Made by a program: the position numbers and the translations under genes. This document shows positions 1-13,259 of a stretch of 64,000 nucleotides of DNA, in pieces. Each line of letters starts with the position of its first letter. The first letter of the stretch is position 1. This DNA comes from Dicyema japonicum. Taxonomy: Eukaryota; Animalia; Dicyemida. The stretch covers positions 351,405-415,404 of the forward strand of contig RDEW01000018.1 in assembly GCA_011109175.1 (NCBI GenBank). Direction: 5' to 3'. The notes under the pieces were generated by a model that did no database searches, was not told where the DNA came from, and saw only the letters and a list, made by a program, of their open reading frames with translations.

Positions 1-150
1 CATGGAAGTAAAATGTCTATTTAGTTTTCTAAGAACCATAGCATCATTTGCCAAAACGTCCATACAAATCTGGTCTAGGAGTTAATTTTTTGGTATATCC
101 TAGATTTTCAGGGTATCAAGTGTAGTAGAACCCTAGATTTTTAAGGGTAT
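1..150 (-). mobile_element. hAT (Buster/Charlie-type) transposase N-terminal fragment
   Basis: Minus strand reads ...CMDVLANDAMVLRKLNRHFTS, resembling the C..VLANDAMKPSKLxRHF motif. Similar DNA occurs at 43389-43430. Confidence 0.4.
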
Positions 151-299
151 CAACTGAAATGACTAAAAGAAATACAAAATCGGCACCCATAATTAAATTT
201 CAATAGAAATATTATCTAGGATTTAATAATTTATAGATCATTCAAATTCTTTATCATAAAATTTCAAAACTGAGATTCATAAGCATTTTTAGTTAATTT

Positions 300-1440
300 G
301 AGCATTGTCCTTTTAGCAATTTACTTATTGGCCCACCGAGTTATATGGAAAGACATGCATTTTCAGAACTTATTACAGATGAACATAGTGCATTTCCTGA
401 CTCTTGACAGACCTGGAAGAATCCTTATCCTGTTCCTAGAAGTAATGATAACATCATCCGCATAGATCAAAAGTAATGTTTGTTGGGCGACATCGTCAAT
501 TGCGTGACATTGTGAAGGAAAAAATTATATAATTAAGGAAAGAGGAAAGCCCTGTAGAACTTTATTTGAAAGCATTCGTGATCTCGACCTGATGTTCGCC
601 AGGCATACACTTTCACGCCGTTCAGATAGGAATTTTTACAAACAAAGATTAAGGTTCTGGTAGATGTTGGAGTCAAAGATTTTTTTAAGGTGAATCCTTG
701 AGACCGATTCGAACGGCTTATGGATATCGATAAAAATCAACATCGTCGGCATATGAATGAAGCCTTGGGGATTGAAGTGCCCATAATAAACTACGATATA
801 GTTGTCAAGTGCGTTCTGGTAGATCCACCAATTCTAAAGCCATGCTGAAAATGGAACCGACTAATCAGGAATAATCATCATAAGAACTAACTTCTCTAAC
901 ACCTTGAGGAAGTGCAAGTCAGTGAATTGTATTGTCCAGGTTTTGGAGTGATGGTAATGATTGAATTTTTCTAAATTTTGGGGAGGGCGTGCGCATTAAT
1001 AGAGACGTTGATATGTCCGTAAGTATCAGCCTCGCCTGGGTAGTCAAGTGCTTTAGGTGACATGAAGATACTTCAATGTCGACATTCATGAGGATAAGTC
1101 GAGCTGCAATTGAGAGCGATAACTCAATAGAGAACTGCTCCAATGTTCCGTCGTCCTCACACAAACTCGGGACACAATGAGAAAAATAGGAATCTTGCAA
1201 TCGTTGTAGGCATCCTACTAGAGCCACTGTCCAAAATCTTGCTGACTACCAAATAGCCTAGGAAAAAAGGAGTGGGGATTGATTAAGTAAACTTTGTTTC
1301 TTGGATTATCACGATGCCCACTTTGTGACACGTCAGCATGCAAATCTAAAAATTTGCTTATAATCTCACTTATGTTCAACTGGAGAATGACAGGGAGGAA
1401 GATAGAAGATGGTTATGTTCTAAATCCTCAGAAAATATTC
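300..1440 (-). mobile_element. Decayed APE-RT LINE (same family as 1700-4465)
   Basis: Minus-strand motifs VILQLNI and IIQETK (APE), FQHGFR, FIDIHKPFESVSR, and YADD at 453-464. Many stops and frameshifts. Confidence 0.75.
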
Positions 1441-1699
1441 AGCACACCAATGAGAAGGGAAGCTACTCCATGCAACAATGTGACAGGGTGGGGCGTAAAT
1501 AATTGTTTTTTTCATCCAAAGGGTGGATAAATATGGAAACGCTTCACACAACACTAACACGTAAATTATTTATTTATTAAAAAAATTTGATTAACCATCA
1601 ACTCAGTTTTTATATTATTATTATTAATAAGCCAAAAATCAAACTAATTAAAAAAATAATAATAAGAGCTTGAAAAAGACAGTATTTGAATTTTAGCGT

Positions 1700-4465
1700 G
1701 GCATAATGCGGTTCACCTGTTGTTGTGGTGGCGCTCAGTGCAAGTTTTGCATGGAATAGAACCGTTCGACTTTCCCTACCTTTTTGCGATTTTCAGAAGG
1801 GTGGCCTACCAACTCCCTCGTTTTCTTTTTACTACTTCTGTCTGGTGATGTAGAACCTAATCCGGGACCCAACTGCACTCTGACTATTCTACAATTAAAT
1901 GTATATGGAATCCGCAATAAAGTGTTGGAACTACGATCCCTATTATCCCATTTGAGAGTTGACATAGCTTTCATCCAAGAATCGAAGCTCTCTATAAAGT
2001 TCCCAACATCTTGTTTTCCTGGATATTGTGTACTTTGCATTGACCGAACAAGAAGTCTCGGAGGAGGATTATCGACTATCGTTAATCACTTTTTCTGTAT
2101 TTTCTCTCTGCGAAGGAGATCTTATTCTGGAACAGATTTCTATTGAAGTTTTCGTTTCTTCGACGAGATGTTTTACATTGTGTAATGTCTATATCCCGCC
2201 TCAGGGGTCATGTACTACTTCCTACACCCACAACCTATTGAGACTGTGTGGATTAAAGGATCTGCTATTATGCGGAGACCTAAATGCCAAACATCCACTT
2301 TGGCTCCGGAAACAATCAGCCGACAGTCGCGGCGAGTACATCCTATCCATACTTAATAATTTGACTATTTTCAATGACCCGGACGCTCACACAAGGACCC
2401 CATCCCGAAGAAGCGACAGTCCAACATCCCGGACCTGTCCCTCTGCTCTCCTTCTATAGCTGGATGTATTTCATGGAATGTTCGTTATGGTTTCTCAAGC
2501 GACCATAACCCCATTGTGTTGAGACTTAGAAGGCTTATTTGTTCACCGTGTTGTTCTACAAAGTTCAAAATTCTGAAAGCTGACGAACTATTTATACCTG
2601 TCGCCTCTTACAAGAAGTTCAATCCAAGATTATCATCTTAAATTGTGTCACTCATCAAGAAACGAGAATCGTTGACGAGGAAAAGAACACAGACCAATAA
2701 CTCCTTCTACTACATACGTTCACTGAATACCAAATTATTTGAGCTTATCCGAACTAATAACATACTCAAATGGAGCTGCTTATTTGAACGACTATATCAC
2801 AAAAACTTTTGTGCCACATTTTGGAAAACGCTAAGAAAGATCAATAGCCTTTTCAATGAGGAGGACCGCAGAACTGAGGTCGTTACCCGCACGCAAACTT
2901 TCAAACAAGATTATGAAGTACTACGTATCGATCAGCTACAAAAATTTTTCTCGTTTACGCTTGTTGAACGGCGCTGGCCACAACAAGAAGCATATTCCAC
3001 CTTCTTCACCCCCGATGATGTTGACAAGGCTATTAAATTGCTGCGTCCTACTCGTGCTTGTGGTCCCGACGGTATTTGCACTATTCACCTCAAACACCTT
3101 GGATCTCACGCACGGGCCATACTATCAAGACTGTACAACGGCCTTATCAACTATCATACGCTACCTAATGGATGGAAAAACTCCCTGATTACGTCAATTC
3201 CCTCTTCTTACCGCCCCATCTCAATAACTTGTGCTTTATCAAAAGTACTGGAAAAGCTTGTGTTAATACGCATCTCTCCTGTTCTACATCTATTAGAGTT
3301 TCAACATGGTTTCAGAGCAGACCGTTCTACAACGACTCACTTGGGTTCTATCTCCCAGCTTATTACCGACGGCTTCAGCATGAGAACACATTCATGGACG
3401 GCCTTAGTATCCATTGATATACAGAAGGCCTTTGATTCTGTCCCGAGGAAACTCCAAATGCAAAAGATTTTTAATTCCAATTTACATCCGAACATCAAGC
3501 TATGGCTGGAAAATTTCTTAACTGGGAAGGGTCCGGATTGACAAAACCTTTTCAAAATAAAGACTACTCCCCAATGGGGTCCCGCAAGGCTCCCTTCTGT
3601 CTCCTCTTTTATTTAACTTATTTCTACACGATTTACCTACTACCAATGATCAGGACACTATGTTTTTATCTTATGCATACGACTTGATTATCGCTGAAAG
3701 GGACAAATCTTCCTCCAGGGCTGTGGTTCAGTCAAATCTAAACCGAATATGTGACTGGCTATCTGCAAACATATTATGTGTGTGTCAGCATCTAAATCCC
3801 AGTTCACCATTTTTACTACTGATAGAAGATTAAAGGATGGACTCGAACTGTTTTTTGGAGATACTTTATATCCCTTCTACGCGGACCCAGAAGATCCTTG
3901 TGGTAGTTTTCGACTCTCTGATGACGTTCTCGAGTCACGTGGAGAAGGTCCTTGTTAAGGGTCTTCGGAAATGGAACATTTAAAAGCGATCATAAAGAAG
4001 AGCCCTTTTCCCCTGCTGCTTGCGTCAACAAGGTCTACCAACAAGTCATCGTTCCTACCATAGAATATGCATGTTCCGCCAGAAGATTTGCGATTCCCTC
4101 TTCGAGTGTGGATTATTTGAACTCCCTCAGACGGATACTTATGCACCACATGGACATCCCCATTGGCGGCCTCGTTTCTGATGAGGCGACGTTGAAGAAT
4201 GGCCAGGGTTTCCTACGTTTCTGCAAGGAACTGGGTAACCCACTCAAGGAAAAGGTGGCCCATGCAAAGAAATTTCGGCCGGTTATAAAAAAAAGTGCAC
4301 GCCGATTGAATTCCTTTGCAGAACAAAGAGAAGGCGTTTCCGGAATGCGGTTGGGTCATCAGAAGACCACATGAAGAGAGTTCGTATGTTGTTGGAGGCT
4401 GGGATCACCTAATTAGTTAGTTTTGACTCATCTTTCTTGGTGTTCTTGGAGTTAAATAAATAAAA
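1700..4465 (+). mobile_element. Non-LTR retrotransposon (APE endonuclease + RT; I-group/Ingi-like), frameshifted
   Basis: ORFs 1784-2146, 2028-2459, 2645-3541 and 3952-4374 carry LQLNV, FIQESK, NVYIPP, GDLNAKHPLW, GPDG, YRPIS, FQHGFR and DIQKAFDSV. A-rich tail near 4455-4465. Confidence 0.9.
1829..1870 (+). other. 2A-like (StopGo) ribosome-skipping peptide LLLLSGDVEPNPGP
   Basis: Exact match to the D(V/I)ExNPGP consensus with a hydrophobic upstream tract, immediately before the APE domain. Confidence 0.85.
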
Positions 4466-4894
4466 AGACAGCTTAGAGAACAAACTGGTGGCCTAGCTAC
4501 GATTTATGAACAATTTTTCCGACCAACTATGACGTATGCAAGTTTTTCATGGGCAATGCAGATTTCACGATCCTTTTCATTGAAACTATGCGCAATCGAG
4601 GAGACTGTAATAAGGTTAATTGGACCAAAACACAAAATCCAGGTCGTGGAAAATTTCTCAATCCAATTAAAACGGAAACTCTTAAAGGAGGATATTTCAC
4701 CGAGCTTCCCTCTATTCCATACATATCGAAATATCTACAATCATACAGAAATTTTGAGCCGATGTTATGTCCAATGAGAAGAGCTACTCAGGATTCTCGT
4801 CCTTTCCTTTGTCGGTCTAGGATCACTTAGTTAGATGAGAACTTTTATTTTTTTCTCTTTGACCCAGTGATCCTGGGGTAATAATGAAATAAAC

Positions 4895-4981
4895 GTGNAT
4901 GCCGAACCTCCATTTTTGAGGAAACCTCTGTTTTTGGGGCATTTTTTTTAAATAGGTGCCCCAAATAGAGGTAATACTGTA
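4895..4981. mobile_element. pogo/Tigger-like terminal fragment
   Basis: Ends GAGGTAATACTG|TA, whose reverse complement resembles the CAGTAAAACCTC TIR of the element at 24389. The other end is lost at the N at 4894. Confidence 0.35.
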
Positions 4982-5181
4982 TTAATGAACTGAATAATAA
5001 TTTTATTAAAGAAAATCGACACATTCACTTCAAATAAGATGATTCGACTTCTTCAAAAGACCTTAGAAAATTAAAATTCTAAAAAGAGTTAAAAAGGAGA
5101 TTCACATCAAAATAAGATGATTCGACCTCTTCAAGAGATCGGTCTCTTAGAAAATTAACAATTCTAAAAAGAGTTAAAAAA

Positions 5182-6751
5182 GTGATTCACATAAAAATCG
5201 CATTGACTGAAGCTGGGATTTTCAATATTCCATCACATATTAGATTTTTATTTACATTGATTTTGCCATATTGTAATATATCAAATCCTCTACAGCTATG
5301 GGAGAAGCATAAAGAAATAATATGTGAAGATATATTATACAGGGACACAAAATCAGGTTTTGCAGAGGAAAATTTTAATGAAGAATAACTAATCATTAAT
5401 AGATTACTTGAATCAGTGATTGGGAAAAATCTTAATGAGTGCGGGTTTACCGTTAACAGTCAAAATTCTGCGAATAATTTAGAATGTGAAAATATAACTT
5501 AGAAGAACTAAATCAAATAATAGAAAACAGGGAACCGAATTTATTGGAACGTCAATCAAAAATCTATACTGAAATAAACAGAAATATTGAAGAGAATGAT
5601 GGTAAGATATATTTTATAGATGCACCAGGAGGTACAGGTAAGACATATTTGTTAAATCTATTGTTAGCAAAGGCTAGATGCAATCATAAAATAGCCATAG
5701 CAGTTGCATCTACAGGTATTGGGGCTACGCTTTTAGATGGTGGTCGAACATCGCATTCAATGTTCAAACTACCATTTAATCTAGCAAGAGATATGAACCC
5801 AGTTTGCAACATTAAAGGAAATTCACTTATTGGGAAAATTATACGTGATTGCAATCTAATAGTATGGGTACAACTTCCTGAAGAATTGTGTATAAATGTA
5901 CACAGTTCAGAAAATTTATTGACTTTTGTGTATCTAGATCTACAGGAAAACTACACGTGTTTCGACTGGCTTCGGAAAAGAGCTATACTAGCAACACTAA
6001 ATGATGAAGTACAAAATATTAACTTAGACTTACTTATAAAATTACCCGGGTTGGAACGTATTTATAAATCTGTTGATGTAATTATGGATCAAGAATCAGC
6101 ATGTGAATATCCTGTAGAATTTCTAAATTTTTTAGAACCGTCAGGGATGCCTCATCATACCTAAAATTAAAAGCATTTGTTCCACTACGAAATCTAGAAT
6201 CTCCCAGGTTATGTAATGGTACAAGATTGGTAGTAAAAAAATTGATGTCTAATATTGTAGAAGCAACGATATTAACGGGGCGAAATAAATGAAAAGACGT
6301 TTATATTACAAGAATTCCAATAATTTCAGATGAATTACCATTTAGATTTGAGACTACAATTTCGATTGAAATTGAGTTTCGCAATGACAATCATCAAATC
6401 ACAGAGACAAACTCTTAATGTAGTAGGTTTATCTTTAGCAAGTGAATGTTTTGCACATGGACAGTTATATGTAGGTTGTTCTAGAGTAGGTGAACGAGAA
6501 AACCTACTCATATACACAAAAGACGGTCGTACAAGCAATGTTGTATATCAACAAGCATTACAATAAAATAATTGATAATTTTTACTATAACAATCAGTTT
6601 TTTTTAAATAAAAAGTTTAATTCGTTAAATATAATTCACTAAGGAAAAAACTGATCTCCGCAAGAGCGAAATGGGAGTGAACTCCAAAGGTGTTGACGAC
6701 AGCTGTCCGCAGGACCTAGCTCGCTGTGAGCGAAGCGAGCTGCCGAGCTAG
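5182..6751 (+). mobile_element. Helitron 3' part (PIF1-family helicase, internally deleted, pseudogenised)
   Basis: Motifs DAPGGTGKT, VASTGIGATLLDGGRTSHSMFKLP, YPVEFLN..PSGMP, FAMTIIKSQ and HGQLYVGCSRV, followed by a hairpin-CTAG terminus. Confidence 0.9.
6718..6751 (+). terminator. Helitron 3' terminal hairpin and CTAG end
   Basis: AGCTCGCT (6718-6725) pairs with AGCGAGCT (6734-6741). CTAG at 6748-6751 is followed by T, the canonical Helitron end. Confidence 0.85.
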
Positions 6752-7365
6752 TAATAAATAATAATAATAAACAATAATGTATGTATCCAAAAAAAGTAAT
6801 AGATAAATAATCTTTTAATTTAATAAGTTATTATTATTTGAAACCAAAGGAGTTCAACATGCCTAGATATTTTCTGCTAAATTACACATCCTCATGATAG
6901 GGGGTCGATATGAACAAATAGAGTAAAAGGATGAAACAACAAATTCTAATTGAGAGATTCCTCTTCAGTTGATCTCTGTTGAGACGTTCAACTGCTTGAT
7001 CAAGCAATGTGGATTTTGGTGAAACGATTGAGCATTAGGATTACTATATGAGAACCTTGAACAGCACAATTGCTGATCTTTGCGATCATGAGACACTCAA
7101 GGCGTCATGATGGCCTGCAAGTCTTAGTCCTCCGAAGATTATTTATTAATATAATTGAATATAAATCCTGAATGTCGCTTGATGCGTCTGTAACTCTCTA
7201 CGTGTCCAGTTATAAATTTCTGAATAATGGACACAAAATATACTTTTCAACACAATATAGGTCTGCTTTATGAGTACGATCAGCCAAATCAATCCCAATG
7301 GCCGATTTCTACTTGTTCAGGAAAATGGTAAAATATTAGCAAAATTGTTGCTAGGCAACCGTGTA

Positions 7366-10300
7366 ATGTTATCTTTGCCTCCAAATGTCAGTGGAAAAAC
7401 GAAAGGATACTTGTACATAAAAATCCAGCTGCTGAACTTTCCTACGCGACTTCCCCGGCTGCGACTTCGATGGTGGGGAGACATAAGCGGCGGAGTGATG
7501 CTGAGGTTGCCGATTTAAACTTATGAAATAGACCCGGTAAAGGAAAGGTTTATTCTGCTCTCTTAGACGTCAAATTTTCGATGTTACAGTTCTCCTGCTA
7601 CCTCTGTGACATGATCCCTTTGAAGGTGGGGATGATTGATGAGAATCTGCTGGCGAATGGATTCTCCCAGTTGCTTGATTTAGGAAAACTATCCAAAATG
7701 AGTCCGATCCACAGGTTTGTTATGTTTCCTCGATTTCAGTGATTACACGATTGAATCAGTGGCTGAGCACAGTCTGGGTCAGTTGAAAGCCAGTATTTGG
7801 CTTGAGGATGTAGGAGACCGCCCCATTTCAGTCTCTTCTCTCTCCACGACCGACTTACCTAAGGTATGCTCTCCAGAAGCTCACAAAATGGACCCCGTCC
7901 TTCTCAAAGATGATTCATCTTTCCGGTCTCTCGCAGTAAGAAACTCCTTTAAGTCCACAGAACTGTTCTGAGGCCGAATCCATTGCCAAAAAGTCAACCC
8001 TTCGACCTAAAAAATCGACCACGTGTGCCAAGACAAGCAAAGAAATTAAAAAACGGGAAAATAATCCAAATTTGATCACAACGTTGCTTAAGAAAACCGA
8101 ATCCCTCATAAAAGAAGCTGAAAAAGAACCATTTCGAAACACGTGGCGCGACCGAGAGCAGGGTCCTCAACTAAAGGTCGAGACAATCAGCTCAAAAATA
8201 CATAATCTACTTCTCGATCACATAAATAATGATTTTTCAGACGACGAGGTAATTTTTTGCTGAATTTCAGATTCCGGTCGCGGATAATCTTTTCACAACT
8301 AGATACAGCGACTCATCCTCTTCTGAAGACCTCCCGTCCTACGTAGAGCCGGAATCTGTGTCACCAAAGACATTTTTGATAGTATTTAAGCAAATCAAGC
8401 TCATTTTGAACAATGCACGTATGTTCCTTGAGTTAACGTTAAAAAAAGGCTCATTTGTTACCGCCGGAAAGCCTCCTCTGCAGGAATCTCAGTTTTCTTT
8501 GCTAATTCGGTTCCTAAACGGCACTAACTCTTATAAATCGGATATAGCTCTCAATTCGGGAGTTCAAGATGGCTTGGGGACTGATTTTGTGGTCCCCGAC
8601 CCATTTAATGTATCTGTCGGTAAGCAAACGGCGGAAATCATCTTCTTGTTGTACTACAAGATCATCAACACGACCAGGGTCTCTTTAATTGTGTTATTCT
8701 AGAAAAAATCAATCGGTATGGCCAGTCTCTGTCTTCCTTGGGATTCACCGCGGTCTTTCAGGACAAAATTAACGGTAACAAAATCGCAAGAAGATCATAG
8801 ACCTTTGGGACAACTTCAGGTAATATAATTCCGCATTTTAGCTGGAAATCGCGGTCGTGGAATACGTGAAAGAAAAACCGGTGATTGCCCCTATTCTTCA
8901 GCCAAAACTCACCCCAATCGTAGCGAGTGATGTTCCCACTGATCTCCCACCGATTTTTACTCTCTTAATGATTTTGGAAGGCTCAAACATTGGAATTTCA
9001 ACAACAAGGGAAAATCCTGGTTATTGCCGTAAAATTACGCCAGATCCGCGATCAAAAATCAAAAATCCGTATTTGGTCTCCAAAATGTTTTGGCTCAGAG
9101 ATGTTATGAAGTCGGAAGTTTTTTTTGGTACAACAAACCCCAAGTTCTCGTTTTGTCAGGTAAAGTTCCCGTTAACAAGTGCAAGGTGGGTCCCTTAGTC
9201 ACTTCTGCCCAAAGCTTAGAGAAAATGCAGAACAACCACCTCGTCGTTGAAGTCTGGGACAGAAAAACCTTTGAAAGTGAGGACCAGGTAATCTCAACTC
9301 TTCAATTTAGCTGATTGGATTGGTCAAGGTTCCTCTCCACGGCATATCCACCGCGCTTCTAAACACATCTCCGAAATTTTGGGAGTCTGTATGCTTTCTA
9401 ACATATTCAAAGGATCTGCAGACTGTTCTAGATCAATGGATGCCTATTCGAAATCCTCTTCTTGGGACACACTTGGGGTTACTTTCCGTGTTTTTTGCCG
9501 TTGGCACCAAAAACAACGTCGACAAGATTATAAATGACACGGTTCTACCTAAAATTAAATCAAATGTGGAGGAAAAGCCCTATCCTCCACAAAACGAGAC
9601 CTTCCCCTCAGTTAAACCGAAAATAAGTTGAATTCTATAAAAATTGTTTTACTAGGCTCAGAACAGCTGATAAAGCATTCCACATGCGTGAAGATACACA
9701 GTTTAGAAAACGTTGACTTTCTCTCAGAAAACGCGGATATTTTCGTTCAATATTATTTCCCACAGAAAATTCATGAAAATGGGGGTAGCTTAAATTATAA
9801 TATTTAGTGGAGTTGGCTTCTTTTAGGACGAGTTATCGAACAATGGAGTCCCTTAATGACTTCAACGATTCCCATATACACACGATCTGCCTCCCCACGT
9901 GTGTCTCGTATACTAGAGAGCTGCTTAAAGGTTGAATGTTAGCGGATTTTTTAAGCTTTTGAAGGAAATGACGGTCTTCGACTAGAGATTTGGGTTAGAA
10001 ATTATGTTCCTGCAATTAGAGACCGCCTCGTGGCTACAGTTAGCTATAAGACTATATAAACTAGGCTTATCTGGAATTGTGCAAACTAATAGCAATTTCG
10101 GCAACTTTTAATGAGACTGGGATGACTTNATTCGACTGGATGTGTTTCATTCCGCAGACGAAAGTCACTCGCAAAGCATTGGAAGTGTCCACGTGGACCT
10201 GAAGCCACTTTTAGTTGGGATGCCAGAACTCTACGGGTGGTACAACGTCGTGGACTCTCTCAGAAACCCCCGAGGACAAATTAAGGTAGAAACAGTAGAT

Positions 10301-12156
10301 TGAAGTGTAGTTGGCAATAGTTCCCTTATATTTTCCCGTTAATGAACAGTCGGCCTCATATCCAGCCAATAATGACCACGTGACTAATTGGCCCCACCCT
10401 CAGATGCCCTCAAGTGAGTTATCATCCCATTCTTCATATATGAAGGAACATGATAATATAATTTCTCTACCAGAAGTAAGTAACACGTGTGATACAATTG
10501 ATGACTCAACCATCGAACTTTCATCGATGGTATATTCTTACCTGGACGACCACAACTCCATTTATAGCCAAGAAATTGCTTCTGTTGACTCTGATCAGTT
10601 AACCTACAAGGAAGCAACCCATTTAAACATTGAAAATCTCGGACCTGCGCCGGAAAGTGGCCTCTTCCCGGAAATTGAAACTATGAAATATGCTGATTCC
10701 TACTTTGATCTTCCAGACTCTCAGATTGAGGATTATGTGGTGACTGAAGAGATTGATGTGAGGCAGAATGACTTGATTCCAAATTTGATCCTTGAAGAAT
10801 CTGCCTCGGAACAGTTCGATGGAATAAAATCTGATAATCTAAATGTACTCGATCCATTAAATCCCAACAATTGTGGAAAAGAAGACAATCTCCCAACTCC
10901 GATAAAAAATGAGCCACCAACTGAAATTAAAGCCACGAAATCGATTGAAAAACCCAAAGTATTAGAAAGCTCTGAATTTCTTGAATCGATTGAAAAACCC
11001 AAAGTATTAGAAAGCTCTGAATTTCTTGAATCGACTGAGAATCTCAAAATATTAGAAAATTCAGCGGAACTCGATAATCCCAGTGAAACCGAACTTCTAA
11101 AATCCGCTGAAATTATTAAAGTGTTAAAAACCGATAAATCTGAAGCGGGTGAAACTGTCTTAACCAAATCTACTGAGAATGCGGAAGTGTCAGAAGCCAA
11201 TAATCTCAAAATAAATTCAAGCAATTCAGCTAAATTCGATGAAATTTGTGAATATAATTCCGTCAAATTACTCGATAAATCAAATAAAGTCGATTCTATT
11301 GAATCTGATGAAAACTCTCAGAATCAATTCCAGAACAATTTCGACGATTTCACAGATTATAAGACGGCTGAGTCAGATATTAAACCACGTAGTAATACTG
11401 TCACGTATCCACTCAAGGATGTGAATGATGGAGGATCCCAGAATGAAATGTCTTCAAATACCAATGAAAGCAGTGATCAGAGAGAATCAGACTCTTATAC
11501 TGTTGTTGAAGAATGTGATGAGCAGAAGGATTTTTCTGATGAGGACATTCCCTTCTCAACTGAAGAAGACGAGAGTATTAATGCAGAAAATAATACAGGC
11601 TGGACCTGTAAGAGATCGTCTAATGCAGAACCTGAGGATCAGGGGCCAGCATTAGGGAGGGAAAGATTTACTGGTCTCATGGAAACTGATGAATCGGATT
11701 CTTGNAAATACCAATGAAAGCAGTGATCAGAGAGAATCAGACTCTTATACTGTTGTTGAAGAATGTGATGAGCAGAAGGATTTTTCTGATGAGGACATTC
11801 CCTTCTCAACTGAAGAAGACGAGAGTATTAATGCAGAAAATGATACAGGTTGGATTTGTAAGAGATCGGCTAATGCGGAAGCTGAGGATCAGGGACCAGC
11901 ATTAGGGAGGGAAAGATTTACTGGTCTCATGGAAACTGATGAATCGGATTCTTGTGATGACAAAAAATTCAGATTTTTTATGCCAGCTTCTGAAATGGCA
12001 AAATCAATGAAATCAATCATGGAAAGAATTTCAGGATCATCTGAGGTTTGAGGATATCGAAATGTATTTTAGATCAAGGAGGCATCCAACTTTACTCCCG
12101 ATATAAGTGAAAATAGGGACATTTATAGAATCAAAAAGATTTTTCATTCAAATAAA
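7366..12156 (+). CDS. C2CD3: C2 domain-containing protein 3 (centriole elongation/ciliogenesis), multi-exon
   Basis: N-terminal LSLPPNVSG..LRWWGD and QFSCYLCDM; PYLVSKMFW..LEKMQNNHLVVEVW..DQ|LIGLVKVPLH across intron 9288-9310; VDLKPLLVG..LYGWYNV..RGQIKV; C-terminal DIYRIKKIF* after intron 12046-12072. These match motifs of animal C2CD3 as recalled. Not every exon boundary was resolved. Confidence 0.85.
10939..11034 (+). repeat. In-frame 45-bp tandem duplication (SIEKPKVLESSEFLE x2) in C2CD3
   Basis: Two identical 45-bp copies starting at 10939 and 10984, plus a short partial third. Confidence 0.9.
11456..11955. repeat. 250-bp tandem duplication joined by a single N (11705); probable haplotype/assembly duplication
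   Basis: Copies start at 11456 and 11706. The duplication breaks the C2CD3 frame. Confidence 0.85.
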
Positions 12157-12799
12157 TAATTGATGTTTTAATTTAAGACCAACAAAGAATTAAAGATTGT
12201 GTTTCCCGCCAAAGTCAACGTAACCAACTCTAATTGATCATTATAACTGAGCTCCAAACATTCAGTTTAAAATGACAGAATTCTTAAATTATCCACTTCC
12301 CAAAGATGTGTTCATTCGAGTGTTTGACTTAACACGAAAACATTTATAATAGGTAGGTGTTCACTATTCGAGATGAAAGTCATTAATAATCAAATCATAC
12401 ACACTCCGAATAAGCCTGGAAAAAAACACCTGAAAAAGGAATACATACTTGGAGTGAAAATGCACGTATTCTGCGTTATTTACGGAATATTTCATGGACG
12501 ACATAAGGGGGAGAAGGAAGAGAGATTTTAAGTCATTCCTATGTACACAAAAGTTACACGTTAGCCATGCCATCTACCTGTTTATCTTCAAGCGAGTTAT
12601 TTTTTCTAACCTACTTTATAGGTGCGAGGGATGGCTTTTCTCTCAGAAGAGAGAGATCCTATTCTTTTAGAGAAAACAAAGAGAGCTGCAATTAAGCTTT
12701 CCTTAAACAAGAGACTGTCTAAGAAAGGACGAGGACAAGCTGCTAGTACCAATTAATTTGATTGTAAAGGATTGGATTAACGGTTTTTGGAGAATATCA

Positions 12800-13035
12800 G
12801 GACACATATAAAACTTGGAGAAACGTTTTGAAAAAATTAAAAAAAAGGAGTGTCCAGGTGTGGAGTCCAAGCTTTAAGGTTGGACTTAAATGTGATATCT
12901 TCCAGATAACTCCTAACTGAGCGAATCTCGCTCGCCACCCTAAGAGGGAATAGCCACGCAATCAGGGCGGCCGTTATATAACCATTTGCTCACTTTTTTC
13001 CTTAATAAAGTATTATTATTATTATTATTATTATT
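12800..13035 (+). mobile_element. CRE-like non-LTR element 3' fragment
   Basis: LLTERISLATLRGNSHAIRAAVI* resembles the C-terminus of the other CRE-like copies, followed by a (TTA)n-type tail. Confidence 0.55.
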
Positions 13036-13259
13036 ACCTTAATAAAGTATTATGTACTTCTAACTTTATAGTTAATAAATATTTGTTGTTAGTGCGAAGT
13101 TTTCAAATTATATATAGGATCTCGATATCCGACACAATCCTCTTTTTTGTCCGCAAACAAGTTTACAACTAATTTGTGAATAAGCCAAACCTTCAAATTT
13201 TTGTATTTTTATTTCTTGCAAAATAGAATGAATCGAGGATTCCGTATATTAAGACGGGA

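Noticed and set aside
4529-4830. Short ORFs between the LINE and the Helitron (LKGGYFTELP...)
   Set aside because: Only vague resemblance to mobile-element proteins; no motif I can support.
12270-12760. Coding-like segment with intron-like pieces on both strands downstream of C2CD3
   Set aside because: I could not build a consistent start-to-stop spliced model on either strand. RNA-seq is needed.
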